DNA from: the human T2T-CHM13v2.0 reference genome, Homo sapiens
Strand: one strand, 5' to 3'
NCBI RefSeq assembly: GCF_009914755.1
Contig: NC_060926.1
DNA: 64,000 bases
Shown here: positions 31,225 through 47,064 of the stretch, piece after piece
Layout of the letters: every line of letters begins with the position of its first letter
Position numbering within the stretch: the first letter of the stretch is position 1
Program-made: the position numbers and the translations under genes
The notes under the pieces: model-generated
Told to the model about the DNA's origin: nothing
What the model saw: only the letters and a program-made list of their open reading frames with translations
Databases searched by the model: none

Positions 31225-32164
31225 TATACCTTCAATGTCCACTAATAGCATCAACATTTTATTTTATGAAAATATACCTCTGCTTTATATTATTTTTCTG
31301 TCAACAAGGTATTGCTGTTTTTATAGCAATGTAAAATACTAAGCATGGGGGAAAGCTCTAGAATCTTACTATTGTATATAAAAGGTGACCAGTTCTCATG
31401 GCAGGGCTCCCGTGTGGGAAGAATAAAGCAGCCATCAGGCTAACAGCTTTCCTAGTACGGACTGCCATAACCGCACAGCCAGATCTGATCTGTCATAACA
31501 ACTCAAGTCACAATGCATCTCCTACAACGGCTGAGTTGTTTAGAGGATTTTAGTTTGAGGTAGCAGAGGTTGTGTTCACGGCAGAGGAAAAGGTCTTATG
31601 TATTCCCAGCCCAAGTGGCCTAATTCCTTATCACCAGGCATGAGACTCAGTGATCATGGCAGAGCCACCACCTTCTCTGTGACACCCCATCACACTCTGT
31701 CTGCTCATCCTACCCATCCATAATCCCGGACTCCCCTGCTTTTGGCTGCATCTACCTATTTCCTCACCCTTTCATTCTCCCACCTGTTGCCTTTTGCTGC
31801 TAAATCCACATCTTCATCCCCTTAGTTCCACTGCACAGACCCATGCCTGTGTCAGGGAGAGAGAAGGGAGCAGGTTCTCAAGAAAAACATAGTGAGTAAC
31901 AATGAGGTACACAGAGCGCCTGTGCCTGTGATGTCTTCATTAGAAAGAACATAGGGGAAGACCTGAGGGCATAACAAATCTTGGGCTTCCTCACTCCAGC
32001 CTGCAACTGACACGACAGTGATCTTGTCGATTGCATCAGCAGCCTTTAGTAAAAGTATAAAAATGTTCTCACCAGCAGATTAATAGCTTCTTCAGCTTCT
32101 CTATCCCTCCTCCTGTTTAGAGGTTAGCTGTGAAAAGTTAAGAACCCTTTAGCAGGCTTTTTGG

Positions 32165-32672
32165 AAAATCCAGACTCTGGGACACTCACAGAACTGTTTG
32201 GTTTCTTTAACAAATAAATTGCAAGGGAAAATATTGAGGAAGATCTATAGATGGAAAAAAGACAGAAAAGAAATAAATCAGTTGAAATGTATAGGCATTT
32301 GGATTCTTATTAAAACAAATACATGGTTAAAGTAGTATGACATTTATTAGACAAATTAGAAATTTAAACATTAGCTGGACATTTGATATTAAAGAATTGT
32401 TATTAAGCTTTTAAGTGTGAGAGTGATATATGGTTATATCTTACAAATGTGAGTTCTTTTAGAGACACATAGAAAATATTGATGGGTGAAATGAAATAAT
32501 TTTGGGGATGGGCTTTGAAATAATAGGATTGGGGAAAGTGGGTGGGGATCTAGATGAAAGAAAAGTGTCCATGAATTGATAGTTGTAGAATCTGAATAAA
32601 GAGAACATAGGGGTTTATTATGCTATTTTGTCTACTTTTGCATATCTTTGAAGTTTTTCATAATAAAAAAAA
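32165..32672 (+). mobile_element. L1ME/L1MC-like 3' UTR
   Basis: GACATTTGATATTAAAGAATTGTTA...TACTTTTGCATATCTTTGAAGTTTTTCATAATAAAAAA. Confidence 0.75.
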
Positions 32673-33134
32673 TCTCTGTATTTCTGGACAACTTCGTAGA
32701 AAGAATCCCAAACAACTAATAATACAGTTCAAAACCCTGTGCATCTCATTTGCATAATAGTCCCCAAATGAGGTCCCTAGCATAAAGAAGCTTCCAGGTC
32801 TAAAGAACATAGCACATATTATGGGGTGGATCTTCAATTTTGCAGAAAATGTGTGTTGGCCTGGAGCCTATTCTCTTTTAGGTTTAGTGCTTGCAAGAGA
32901 TCATCCAGATTATTCTATTTGTGTGTGTATGTAGTTGGGGAGGGGGTGCCTAATAGCCACTTTAGTGCCTTTGAAATGGGGTTTCACCACTTGCTACAAT
33001 ATTATCCCCCTTCTTTATAGAACAGTCCTGGTCCTGAATATTCCAGACAGAGCATGAGTGGATGAAATGGAGTTTCATGGGATTTCTCTTCACATAGATA
33101 ATATTAGCTGAATCCATACTCGGTCTCAGGTATT

Positions 33135-33340
33135 AAACTTAGTATTTTACATGCAGTATTTCCTGAAATGTTCACAATTACTCTATAGAGAGGTGTATTC
33201 ATTACACTATTTTTTTTTGAGACAAGAAAATGGAAGCTTGGAGAGTTGACATAACTTTTCCAAGGTCACAAAAATTGAAATTAAGATACAGAACCAGCTG
33301 GGGCTTAAAATCTAGGTTGCTTGACCCCCAAGGCTGAACT
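33135..33340 (-). mobile_element. MIR SINE
   Basis: GAAAATGGAAGCTTGGAGAGTTGACATAACTTTTCCAAGGTCACA. Confidence 0.65.
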
Positions 33341-35074
33341 CTGCCATGAATTTTATGGTACCTCAGTTTATTTCAGATTAAATTAACTGTAGATCCTGGG
33401 AAACATATATTTGAGCAAAGATTAAAAAAAAGGTTAAAATAAAAACAAAAGCCAAATGCCAAAGCTCTGAAGACTTCAGGTTTGCTAGAATTTAAAGGTA
33501 TCTTATGGGGCTGGGCCAAATGAAGTGGTTGCCATTCTGGGAATGACCTTCCATAAAGCTTTCTGGAATCTTCTTCAGAGCACCTCACAACTGCATGTGG
33601 TACAAATATTTTCTTCTCTTTCTTTGCCATTAAAGGCAGAGGAGAGGTGGCTTTCCTAAGCCACAGGAGTTTGCAACCCTGTGATGGGATGACCTGAGAC
33701 CTTGTTTTCCATGGATGCTGTTACACTGCTATTGGAAGAACACCAGGAGATGCTCAGCTTCTTGACAGACTGTCAGTGTAAGGCTTTCTCCTGGGCATGA
33801 GACAGTGGCCAAGGTGAGTTTAGTAGGGAAATAGAGCAGCCTTTTGTGAAGGGCTCCAGTGTCTCCTAGGTTAGCTTCATTTTCCAGATGGTTGGGGAAA
33901 CATAAGGCCAGGGAAAGACAAAATGCCCTCCATGGTGGAGGTGGGAGAAATTTTGTAATGCAAATAAGGCCCCAAGATGGAGAATAATTTAAATACATCC
34001 CATCCTAGAAAATTCTCTAAGGCTTATTTCACAGTGCTCCAAGTATGCTCATATTTTTGAATTATTTCCAAGGGACCTGGTAGAAGACTAAAAGAAGGCT
34101 GTAACTATGTGACTATTGCCATAGGATGTTGGTTTGTCTATGAACTTGCAGTCTTGGATAGTGATGCCATTGAGAGGAACTCTAAAATTGGAGCTAGCCA
34201 AGCTCAAAAACACTTGGAAATATGTACCATGCTGGAGTGGCTACAGAATAGACATCAGAAGGAGACCTCTATTCCAAAGACCTAGTATGTGAAATCCCTA
34301 CCATACAGCTTATCAGCTGTTTGTTGCTGTCTTGAGGTCACTGGGCTATAGTCGAGCACCAGAGGTAAAGAGAAGGTCATTTTCTAAGAAATACTCAGAT
34401 CACTATGAAGAGCAACACTCCTCAGCAAATGGAATTCTATTGCCCCATAAACTATTTGTTGGCAGAGGCTTTTCCTCCAAGGGGTGGGACTAGAGACTCA
34501 GAACTATTGTTTACTCTCCTCCATGCTCTTGGTATCCAGCTGTTTGGCAGGGCACCTGTTCACAGGAACCTCAACAATTTCTCTAGAGAGCTAACATTAG
34601 GAGGGCAATGGGATTTGCTCTTTTTTTTCCCACCAGAGAGAGGGAGATGAAAAATCTCCTAGGGATTCTTTCAGGATTATTAAGGTGAAAGTTTTAAGCA
34701 CTGCCTTTACAAGATGGGACTCTACAAAATAGTTCTTTTAGCAACAATGGTTCTGGGTGCTTCTTGGTTCTTCAACTCCCCCGTTAATGTGCTTACTCAG
34801 AGGAGAATTCAGAGAGCATATTTCTTCCTTCTTATCACCTTTTAGTTTTAGTTCAATTGCTTATTTTGCCCAATGACTGATACCACAGAAGAATAGAGTT
34901 TTAATGAAAACAGAGCTTTTAAGAGAAGTTGTGCATTTCTCTGTTGGTGTGGACTATCCCGTAACTCTGCCTGGGTCTCTTGAATTCATATGCAAATAAT
35001 TTATCAAGGCAGTGCTCTCAGGAGAACAGGTAAGGAAGTGGAGGAACCAGGACAGGGAACAGGAAGAAGCCATT

Positions 35075-35348
35075 CATGTTGCTGTGGCTGCATAACAAAT
35101 TATCCCAAAACTTAATGGCTTAAAACTATGGCATCACTTACTTTGCCTGCAAAGCTGCAATTTGGGCAGAAATCCATGTATACAGCTTGTCTCTGCTCTA
35201 CTTGGCATCAGCTGGAGTGGCTCAAGGACTAGGGGTGGGGTTGTGTAAGAGACTCATGCACTCGTATATCTGGTGGTGGATTCTGGCTATAGGGTGATGC
35301 CTCAGCTGGGGCTGTCAACTGGAACATCAAAATGTGGCCTCTCCACGG
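35075..35348 (-). mobile_element. MLT1 (F/G/H-like) LTR fragment, preceded by an ERVL-LTR-like fragment at about 34945-35070
   Basis: GCTGCATAACAAATTATCCCAAAACTTAATGGCTTAAAAC...CTCAGCTGGGGCTGTCAACTGGAAC...TGTGGCCTCTCCA. Confidence 0.75.
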
Positions 35349-35522
35349 AACATAATATTGAGAGAAAACAAACATGGCAAAATGGTACCATTTTCAATAT
35401 GATACTGCATATAGAAATTTAATAAACAGCCCACTGTTATTTATTTATAAATCCATGTGTAAGTAGTAAAAGTATGAAAATATGACTAGATACACAATAA
35501 TCTCAAAATAATTATATCTGGG

Positions 35523-35884
35523 TGATATGGTTTGGGTATGTCGCCACCACCCAAATCTCATCTTGGATTGTAACTACCACAGTTTCCACATGTTGTGGGA
35601 GGAACCCGACGGGAGGTGATTGAATTATGGGGGCGGGCCTTTCCTGTCCTATTCTCGTGAAATTGAATATGTCTCATGAGATCTGATGGTTTTATAAAGG
35701 GGAGTTTCCCTGCACAAGCTCCCTTCTCTTGTCTGCCACCATGTGAGATGTGCCTTTAACCTTCCACCATGATTGTGAGGCCTCTCCAGCCATGTGGAAC
35801 TGTAAGTCCAATAAACCTCTTACTTTCGTGAATTGCCCAGCCTTGGGTATGTCTTTATCAGCAGCATGAAAACAGACAAATACA
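35523..35884 (+). mobile_element. THE1 (MaLR) solo LTR
   Basis: TGATATGGTTTGG...CCATGATTGTGAGGCCTCTCCAGCCATGTGGAACTG...AATAAACC...AATACA; 5-bp TSD CTGGG/CTGGA. Confidence 0.95.
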
Positions 35885-35959
35885 CTGGAGGATTATAGAG
35901 GTTTGAACTTAATCTGTGATAGTTATGTGTCTAAGAAAGATCAGAATCAAATATGATAA

Positions 35960-36175
<216 letters not shown>

Positions 36176-38042
36176 TAAAGGAAAAATTGGGGGAAATAAG
36201 AAAAATTTTTAAATTAGGGATGTTTACATTTGTACCACCTAAAAACAGGCAGTAGTGTTGATGTGAAAACAAAACAATGTAGAATGAATTTAAAAAAGAT
36301 GAAATAATTGAGTGTAAGGAAGTTAGAAATGAGTTGGAGGTTAAAATCTGTAGTGAAGTTATGCAGGGTGGTGCACAGATAGTACAAAATAAAACTTTTC
36401 TCAGGATATGGAGGGAAAAAAGACAAAGATTAAAACGATGTGGGGTAGGGTAGAGATGGAGGCCAGAGGAATGAGAAGAGTGAAAACGACAATTGGTGCC
36501 ATTGAGGAAGAGCTCACCCTCCATGTTGCACAAAAGTGGCCATCGGAGATGTAATAAGCAGAAAGTTTCCTGAGGCAAAGAAAGACTTGAATGTAGATGG
36601 AAAGGACTCACAGAGGTCCTGATACGGTCCAAGAAAAGAGGTCTACCCTTAGACTCTTCCTGTGTCTTTTGAATTATGAGGCTAAAGAAAGCTCTTTAAG
36701 CATCCGAGTTCAAAATTAGTCTACAAAGGAACAAAAATCAGGCTGGACTCAGAGTTCTCCCTAGAGAACTAAAGAAGCTGATGCCCACCTCCAGAGTTTT
36801 GAAGGTTAAGAATTGGGGACGTCACAACCCAGAATTGCCTTAATTTGTGAAGACAATATTAAAAATTCTGCAATATGCCAAGTTGTGCACAACTGGAAAA
36901 ATGACTCGAAGTTTTACTCCAGCCAATTGAAGGATTAAGGACTTGGAAACCATGATGTAATAAGATTTACAAATAGCTTCTTATTCCGTTTAGATTCCAT
37001 AATAGAAAATCTAATTATATTAGATATTTTCAAATGGATTTATAACCCACGGGCAAAGCTAGGGTCTATAACACTTCCATTAATTATTGTTGGTTTTTGC
37101 TATTTTCCATTAGTTGTTATTGTTGGTTTTTGCTATTTTTTCAAAATCAGGAAAAACTTTTTTTTGGGGTAATATTCCTTACCTCATGGGTCAGATGGAA
37201 TCACCTTCTACTTAAAACAATACAACCTACTTCTTTTCTAGTACAAAAAAGGGCCTGCAATATTTAAATGACAGGGCATTGTGTTTGCAGAATTGCTAAA
37301 CCCAGAAAGTATTTTTTTAATCCCTCCATTGAAACTGATTTTTATTCAGCAATACAAAAACATTGCATTGACAAATAACTTGAGTAATAATTTTATGCTC
37401 ATTTTGAATGACCTGAGTATATAGGTTTTTTTTTGTAATTATGAAAAATGAATAACCTACCAGTGGCAGATATAATCTGTGATTAAAACCTCCTTTATAA
37501 CGTCTTCCAACTAGGAATTGTGAATGACTCTTCTTGGGTTAATTGTACTTAAAATCAGAATATGTAATATAATCTTAACCATGTTAAATTATGCATAGAA
37601 AAAGAACTTTAAAGAAATAAAATAGTAAATGAGGATATCTGAGTCATGAGATTCTGAGTGATTTTAATTTTCTTTGTGTATTTGTATATTTTTAATAAAC
37701 TATATTTCTTGTCACAAAAATGAACGCTGTTATGAAAATCAGCATATACTGTTTTACCTATGCCATATGATAAAATGATGTGAATATTACACATGAGGAG
37801 AAGATTGAGGGGTACACTGTTGTGTTAAATGGACAGTCTGAAGCCTTTGGATGTTAGAGCTACAAATGATTTATCTTCTTTTTTTTTTTTTTAAAGACTT
37901 TATGTGTGGCAAGACTATATATTTCTTTCCAACTGAAAAAGTTCTTTATTTTACAAATATACTAAAATAAAATATATTTTATTCAACATAGCAATGCTAA
38001 ATGGGCATATATAGGAAAGGTATACTATACTTTCTATTTTTA

Positions 38043-38360
<318 letters not shown>

Positions 38361-38589
38361 AAAACTGTAGCCCTCTCCTCTTGCCAATAAGTTGCTTTTA
38401 AAATCAGTGACAATCCAAACAGTGGGCTAATACATATTTTTAATACAAATAATTATAATAAAGATAATATAATATAAATAAAATATATAATAAAGCAAAT
38501 TTTAATAAACATTATATTTTAAGTGAAATAACTACAATGAAGTTAATACTTTTAAATACAAGTATTACAATGAAACAGAAGATCTGAAT

Positions 38590-38760
38590 TTTGGACTTGA
38601 AATTCTAAACCATAGGGTTTTAGAGAAGAAAAGACTTCTGAGTTGATATCATATTTAACTTCCTTATTTGATGGATAAGGAAACTGAGTGGGGAGAGGCG
38701 AAATGAGTAGCTCTGAGTTTCACATTAATTTGCACTGGAACTCAGGGTTCCAGATTCCCT
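38590..38760 (-). mobile_element. MIR fragment
   Basis: ATGGATAAGGAAACTGAG...GAGAGGCGAAATGA. Confidence 0.55.
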
Positions 38761-39192
38761 GCACAGCAATTTCTCTTCCCATAACCATGCTCCTAGTGAG
38801 GACTGCCTTTGAGTGTGGATACAGAGGAGAGTGACATATGCAAAGGTGAACAGAGACTGTTCACCTGCCCATCTTCCTATGCAAAATAAAATGTGGACTG
38901 TTTTTGTGTTTGCAATTATGTGAAGCACCATTTGATTCTCATGTCATAGCTCCATGGCTAAAGCTGCTTGGTGAGCATCTTGAAAGGAGGCAGAAGGTCT
39001 CCAATGCTGTCCTGGCTCAGAACGTTACTGTAGAATTTCACTGGAGGAAAATCTATGAACATTCTGCTGAAAGTTAAGTAGCTTCCAGTATTAAACTATC
39101 AACATGTATTTAGTTTTTCTTAACTACTTTCTAGATTAAAATCAGTGCAAAATTTACTTCAAAAGATATTTCAGGTTTTACTGAACCCACTA

Positions 39193-39570
<378 letters not shown>

Positions 39571-39884
39571 CTAGATTCTAGAGTCTGGAAGACAAGAAAG
39601 AGAAGAATGATGATGATGAGGAAAATGATCTTATGGGCATGGCAGTGGTGGGCTGGTGCTAATAATGATTTCATTTGCAGTGGGCAGGCATCCAAGAGTA
39701 TTCTGGGCAAGTCTTATTTCCCAAGGCAATGTATTCTAGTCTTAAGAGAGCACTGCAGCAATTTTTTTGAGATGTATTTGAGACTGGACTCTGGCACGAA
39801 GTTTTTCTCAATACGAAGCACCGTAATGACATATTATCTGGAATCTGAGGCTCTCCTTTGATGCAGAAGTGATCAGATTTACCG

Positions 39885-39903
39885 TTTCCACTAGATGGCA
39901 TTA
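39885..39903 (+). promoter_or_regulatory. CTCF core-motif match
   Basis: TTCCACTAGATGGCATTA matches the CCASYAGRKGGCR consensus; binding not shown. Confidence 0.45.
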
Positions 39904-42900
39904 GAAACTTCTGAAGCCATGAACTAATTACTAGTCACCTTTGTTAGGCTGTAAATTACACCTGCAGGTTTAAGAGGTAATTGGCAATCGACTATCTGGT
40001 GTGTTTTAACTTTGATGCCAGGTACATGGTTAAGACATTGGTATCAGATCTCACCCTTGACATAAATAGCTTCTGGGATTATCAGAATGTCATTCCACAT
40101 CTCATGTTCCAAGCAAGAGTTTTGAAAGCAACATATAACCCTCCCTCATTGTAAATCAAAACCAAGTAATACTAGCTCCTCTTATCCTAGCTAGGCAATC
40201 AGTTTAGGGCAAACATATTAGGTAGAAAGGGTAAATGAAAATGTTTTCCTAGCATGCAGAGATTTGTTTTTTTGGTTTCTTTTGCCATATTTCAAACATG
40301 AGGGAGAAAAACAACAACAGAATCTGAAGATTTATCAGCTTCTCCTAGTGGCGGTTTTAAGAAAACTGGGTAGGTTTTTAAATTATACATGAAAACATCC
40401 GGGATCTAGAATGGATACATGTCCCAGTGTTTCTGAAAAGTCTTTGCCTCTTCAGATGCTCTATGTAGCTAAGCCAGGAAATGGTAGGTTCGGTGTGTGC
40501 ATGTGCGTATCATTTTCTTTTCTCAGTGGTGTGTTTCCGCGCCTGCCGCTGTCGCCGCCACCACCATTGCCTGCTCCCTAGCCTGGCTTTCATCATTTCT
40601 TCCTGTTGATTGGTGTCACCTCACATGCTTAGAATGTCTGCCTGTCTGTTCAGAGTGTGAACACATTCCTCAGAATGCTGATCTGTTCGTTTCACACCAG
40701 TGTCAAAATGACTTATTAAATTCGGCACCTCCTGATACTCAGTGGCTGATGTGTTGCTGTCCAAACAGTAAATGACAATAAGCATATGCAGCTGGTGGGC
40801 CTAGCAAACTCATTTAATTTGATAAAAATGTCACCGCAATATGCTTTAAATCGCTGTCCTTTTCATCATTGCTAATTGCTAGCTATAGACCTTTTTTCCT
40901 ATGCTTAATACAAGTGTTAGAATACTACTCCTTCCAGCCTGATTAAGAATTAAAAAAAAATGTAGAATTCCTTTTCAGTGGCAGCATTATTTCATCAAGA
41001 GATGGATTTTGCTCTTAATTAGGCAACATGCCACTAGGGAAGCTTCAGAGTCATGGGTGTGAAACAGCCTCAAGCAGGAGATCAATCTAAAGGAAAAAAA
41101 TGGTGGCTGGGGAATAATTGGCAGCTCCAGTGAACGTGGGCTGGTTATAACAGTGACAATATGTTCCAGTGGAATATCACAAACCTCTCTCTCCTATTTC
41201 CAACTTGGCACATTTCAAGCTCAACAAAAGCTGAACAATATATCCCGTGGTTATTTATCTATTGTTTTATATTTTTTTCTTGCTGCTTCATTGAAGTTTT
41301 TTCATGTGTTGGCCTGACAATCTGGACATTTCTCCAGAAAGGATTAGAGGATTAAGAAGGAATACAAATTCAAAAAATAATAATCCTTCAGTAGCTTGGT
41401 GCTTAAAAACAGATCTGGAACTGATCCATACACCAGAATCAGGCAAACCTGCATTAATTTGCTAAACCTGAAGTTGATTTAACACCCCCACTACCCGCCA
41501 CCCACATACTCATACATTGAACTCAAACTTTTTAAAAAGACGTGCACCAGATTGAACAGGGACTATTTTATTATACAGGCAAAATGGAAAAAATTGCAAC
41601 ATAACTGATACTTAAATTGGTTAAAACCTACTTTTTTTTTCTTTTAAAATAAGCTTTGTGGGTGGAGTCTGACTTCTGGAGCGGGTAAGATTATAGCCAC
41701 TCAGGCCATCAGCCTCTCTGCCCATCCATTTGCACCTCCTCCCAGCAGGAGGCTTTATCTGGGATTTGACTTATGCAAAATGGAATGAACAAAGGAGGGG
41801 AAATTTGCCTTTCCTCCTGATATTCTTGCATTTCAGAGCTTGATAGCCTTTGCTAGAAATGGAGCATGGATTCTGGATTAATGTCTACTTTATTTATGTG
41901 GTTGAACGTATATTTTTCAAGTTGCTCATTGAAGAAAACATCACAATCATTTTGGTACACATTCCAAGTGATGCCCCCAGTCATCTTCTGTAGTCTTCCT
42001 GCTGTGATTGGCCCATCTAAATAAAATAGTCAGTTAAAGACATAGGTAACCTACTTTTAAATACACTTTTGCTTTGACTCCCAGTCTATATCTAAAGTAA
42101 GGAGGGACATTCTGAGCACTAGACAATCTCAGGCTGCCAGAGGTCATTTCATTTTCTCTTGTGCTTGTGTGCTAGTGATACCTTTACCTCTGGTGTATAA
42201 AAAAGAAATGTCTTCGGGGTATTTCCCGGAAGGCCCATGGAAGCTCTTTTCGCTTAAATTGAGCAATGCTAAAGAGCTCATCAAAATGAATGAGGGCAAT
42301 GGGAAGTCTGGGTCCTGGCTCTGAACTCTTCCAGATCAACATGTCTCCACCTAGGCAGTTCCAAGTGAGAAGAACCAAAAGTTCTGTGCCTTGTTCAATA
42401 TGAGGGCGGGGTGGAGGGTACCATCATTCATATTAGTGCTCCCAGTAACTGGTTTGGGGTGTTGATGAGAGTGTGTATCCCATGCCTGGCAGATACATAG
42501 TGGATGGCTCGCCAAGAGGCTCTCTGGTTGACATGCTGGGGCAGAGGGGACCCCCCCAAGCTTTCCTCCCACCCAGGGCTCCCCCAGTCTCAGCTGCAAC
42601 TCCATTTTACATATCTTGCTTTACAAGGTCCATTTCAAGTAGGTTTTGAGCCCAGCTTAGTAAGGTAGCATACTTACATCATCCTGAACCCAGGGGTTCT
42701 CCAAGTTTTGGCCTCATCGTAACCCCAGCTCTCATTTATTGACTGGCAGAGACTTTTCTAGAATTACTAAATTTATTCCTGAAACAAGCTAGATGATATT
42801 TTTACTGACCACATAAAAGTTTTCTTCTCTCTTGCATAAGCAATATATAAATATATTCTCTTCACTTGCCCTGACCTAGTTCAAACCTGCTTCCAGAAGA

Positions 42901-43184
42901 GTCCACCCTTGTACCTTGGCCTGTGTGCCTCAGTCTACAGTTTTGTGTACTCTTACACATACAGCCAGGGGCCTGTAGAAATCATCCAGCGTTGTCAGGG
43001 TAGGTTATTTTTCCCAAATGTGAATGGTATTACCCAGTGTGTGTCATTCCATGGCTTGCTGTTTGAACTGAATGCTGTGTCTGAGAGCTGGCCATATTGT
43101 TCTATTTAGAGACGGGTCATTTCTCTGAAGAACTGCACGGGCTTCCATAAAATAAAAAGAGCAGAGTTTGCTTAGCACTTTCTC

Positions 43185-43300
43185 TTCATTTCATAGACGA
43201 TAAAACCGGGGGCCAGGAAGGTTAAGTGACTTATCCAAGGTGTTCTAGCTACTAAGCATTAGAGCGTGGGTGAGAGCCCAGGCTGGGCTGACTCTCCTGC
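43185..43300 (-). mobile_element. MIR fragment
   Basis: AGGTTAAGTGACTTATCCAAGGT...AGCTACTAAG. Confidence 0.7.
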
Positions 43301-44799
43301 ATGCCTGGCTCCTCCCATATCATCAGGTTTCCTTGCCATGCTGCCTTCTTTCTCCTCTCTGCACTATTTTCTTGCCTGCTTTACTCTTGAAGCTACATTG
43401 GGCTTGAGGTCCACATTTCAGCCATGAGTGTCCTAATTCCTGGGGCCAGATCTATACTGACCTAGAAAGTACTTGAGGATGAACATTTTGAACAACATTT
43501 TACACAGGCAGGGGGTGTCTTTCAGCATTTTTAACATTTTATTTCATTTTTCTAACCAGGTAGTTTTCTAAACGCTTATGCTATTGTAACCTTACAAATC
43601 TTCTAAAGATTTTTCCCCCAGCAGGGTCTGCTTCCCATATTTAACAGGAAAGCATGTAGGAGGGATGTGGGAACCAATTGCTTGGGGGAAATATTGCCCT
43701 CACAAACATGAATATGGCAGTCACAGTGGTTCCTAAACAAAGGTTTATGGCGGTATTGTGGATCAACAGGAATTTCTGTTTGTGAAATGGCTGCAACATC
43801 AGAATGGGAGGATAGGCTGAGTAACTCAGCTGCTTTATAAATGAATGAGCTTTTATCCTCCCCAAAGCCTTTCACAGTATTTGAGACTCAGTGGCTAGTT
43901 CTAAAGGGGACCCATTCTTGAAAATGGTCCATTTAGCAGCAGTTTGAGAAGTCATCAGCGAGTACTCATGGATGGACTGACTCAGAAAAAAAGAATATTG
44001 TTAATAAAAGCCCTGTTTGTAAATTCTGCTTACCCATGGAATGAACTAATTTTTGCATCTCAGTACCAAGATTTGGAACTTCACATAGATGTATTCGAAC
44101 ATAAAATTTTAAAGCCATTGTTGCCCCAGCTATGTGCTACAGACCCCCCCACCGACCACCTGGTTAGTTTTCTGAGAGTTTCTGCGGGAAAGGTTTACAA
44201 TGGCTGGTTCCTGGTTTGATGTCACATCGATAAATTATGGTGCTTTAAACAGATGTGATCTCACAGCATAGAATTCTTCAGGGTAAAGCTCGTGAAAAGG
44301 TTTTTTCCCCCTCTTGGTTTCACTGTAGTTTTGTTGTTTGGAGGTTTTATGTTGTTCATTTAGTTCCCTGGCTATTGGGGTTTTATAGTCGTATTTCCTT
44401 TGTTTAATATAATTTCTTTTTTTTCTTTTAGCTATTTTTTTTAGGGTGCCCAGAGGCTTCAGTTATGAGTGGCTGTAAAGTAAAATATATTATGATTATT
44501 ACAATGATAAAGTATACGCTTTTAAGAGTCTGCTTATATTGACCCATATATTCTCTTTTTTCCTCTCTCCAAGATACACACACAGGCACATTGGAAACGC
44601 AGTAGAAAATGGCTGCCAATTTAAAACCAGAAGTTAAGAAGAGCAAACTCGAATGTACAGCAAGAGAGCTTCAGGCTGGACTGGCTTCCAGCAGAAGTGG
44701 GACTGGAAACCTCGGATTCTATTGTCTCTTCTCTGTGAAGTGGGAAAACATGTCAGTATCTGAACTTGAGCTTGGTAATTACTGCTCATTTCTCAACCT

Positions 44800-44960
44800 T
44801 TTCCAAGCCACGTAACTCCCCTAAGGCTTAGTTTTCTTATCTGTGAATTGCGAGATGGTATGTTCTTCATCACGAGGTTGCTATAAAGACTGAATGAGAT
44901 AATGTGTGTGGAAGCACCAAGCATGGTCCTTGGCATGCAGTAGATGCTCAATAAATATGA
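44800..44960 (+). mobile_element. MIR 3' half
   Basis: GCTTAGTTTTCTTATCTGTGAA...AATGAGATAATGTGTGTGGAAGCAC...TAGATGCTCAATAAATA. Confidence 0.8.
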
Positions 44961-45446
44961 ACTGGAGTACACATGCACTCTGCTCCCTCCTGCCCCCTCA
45001 TAGTGCCTGGTCTGGCTCTGGGCTCCCTGGGATATGGCAGGTTACCAAAGCAGGCACTAAGGCATGTCTACCCTTGGTACCTTATTACCTAGGTTTCCTG
45101 TGCCACCTGCTTCATTCTAATCGCAGATTTCAGGCTCCATTCAAACAGAACCTCACTTCTGCTAGCTGTCATGCTCAAAAAGGGACTGATGACCACTGAA
45201 GCAGGCTATGATAGTGATTTATGAATGTCATTCCTCCAGACAGCATTTGGATTATTACTGGTTTTGCTTTTATTTTATTTGGCGCTAAAAAGGCATTGAG
45301 AGCCAAAGGAAAGTCTCTTTAATGGTGGGATTTAGGCACTATAGCATATTTCTTTATGGAGGGGAAGAAGGATTTTCATCCTGAAACCCTCTATGTCCTA
45401 CCCCATAGGTCGCTGCTGAGTCTCTCTACTCATACTGATCTCTTTT

Positions 45447-46211
<765 letters not shown>

Positions 46212-47064
46212 CTTGACTAAGCAGGATGCTTGCTGGATGGCCTAGTGGGCCCAGCCACAGGGAGGGGTAGAAGGGAGATGTTGGTGGCAGGTAGCTGATG
46301 TTGGCTGGGACTGTGCTTGGCGTGGATAGCAGGAGGAATGTGCTCTTCAGGTGGGGCAAAGACGTGTAGGTTTTGTGGTGGACAGTGTTACAGGGGTTTC
46401 TGAGAGCCCAGAAAGTGCTGTGGGAAACAAACTGGGTTCAATAGGAGTGTGCCTCATTTTACAAAAGGAATGCACTCCCGGAGTATTTCAGGGGAGCTAA
46501 ATTTTTCTTGAACTTCTCTAGGAGAAAGTGAAGTTTGAAGAGATCACTGAAATTTCGAGAAAGTAGAAATCTCCTTGTAAAGTGAAAACCCACCCCTGTC
46601 CCAACCTGGGTGTTGTTTATTTTGGAAGTTCCATCCCTCTACTTGTGAAACTGAGGCCTTCCTGAAATGCCAGGTCTCTCCTTCTGAGAGTCCAAGAAGA
46701 TTTGGGAGAGGGAAGGGAGGCCGACTTGCACTCATTTTCTAGAGACAAGAAAAAAAATACCATACAACTCTTCTAATTGAAGAATTTGAGAATGATCTCT
46801 TTAAACATTTGATAATTCATTTCTGAATGTTAAGGAATAGAATTTATCAAGAAGAGGATATTGTGTGTCAAAATAGAGGAGGGCCGTACTTGATCATTTG
46901 AAATAGCAGAGAAAACCAGTGCTGTTGAACCATCCATTCAACAGACATTTCCAAGGCACTCAGTTGGGTACCTGGGGAGAAAGATATTAATAAGCTTGAC
47001 CCCTGGCCTCGATGACATGGTTAATGAGATGGTGTGTGGGGGGATAGACAGATTTGTAAACATG

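Noticed and set aside
37077-37140. About 30-bp tandem duplication (TTATTGTTGGTTTTTGCTATTTT twice); similar 20-bp duplication near 52478-52511
   Set aside because: Ordinary slippage duplications with no further signal.
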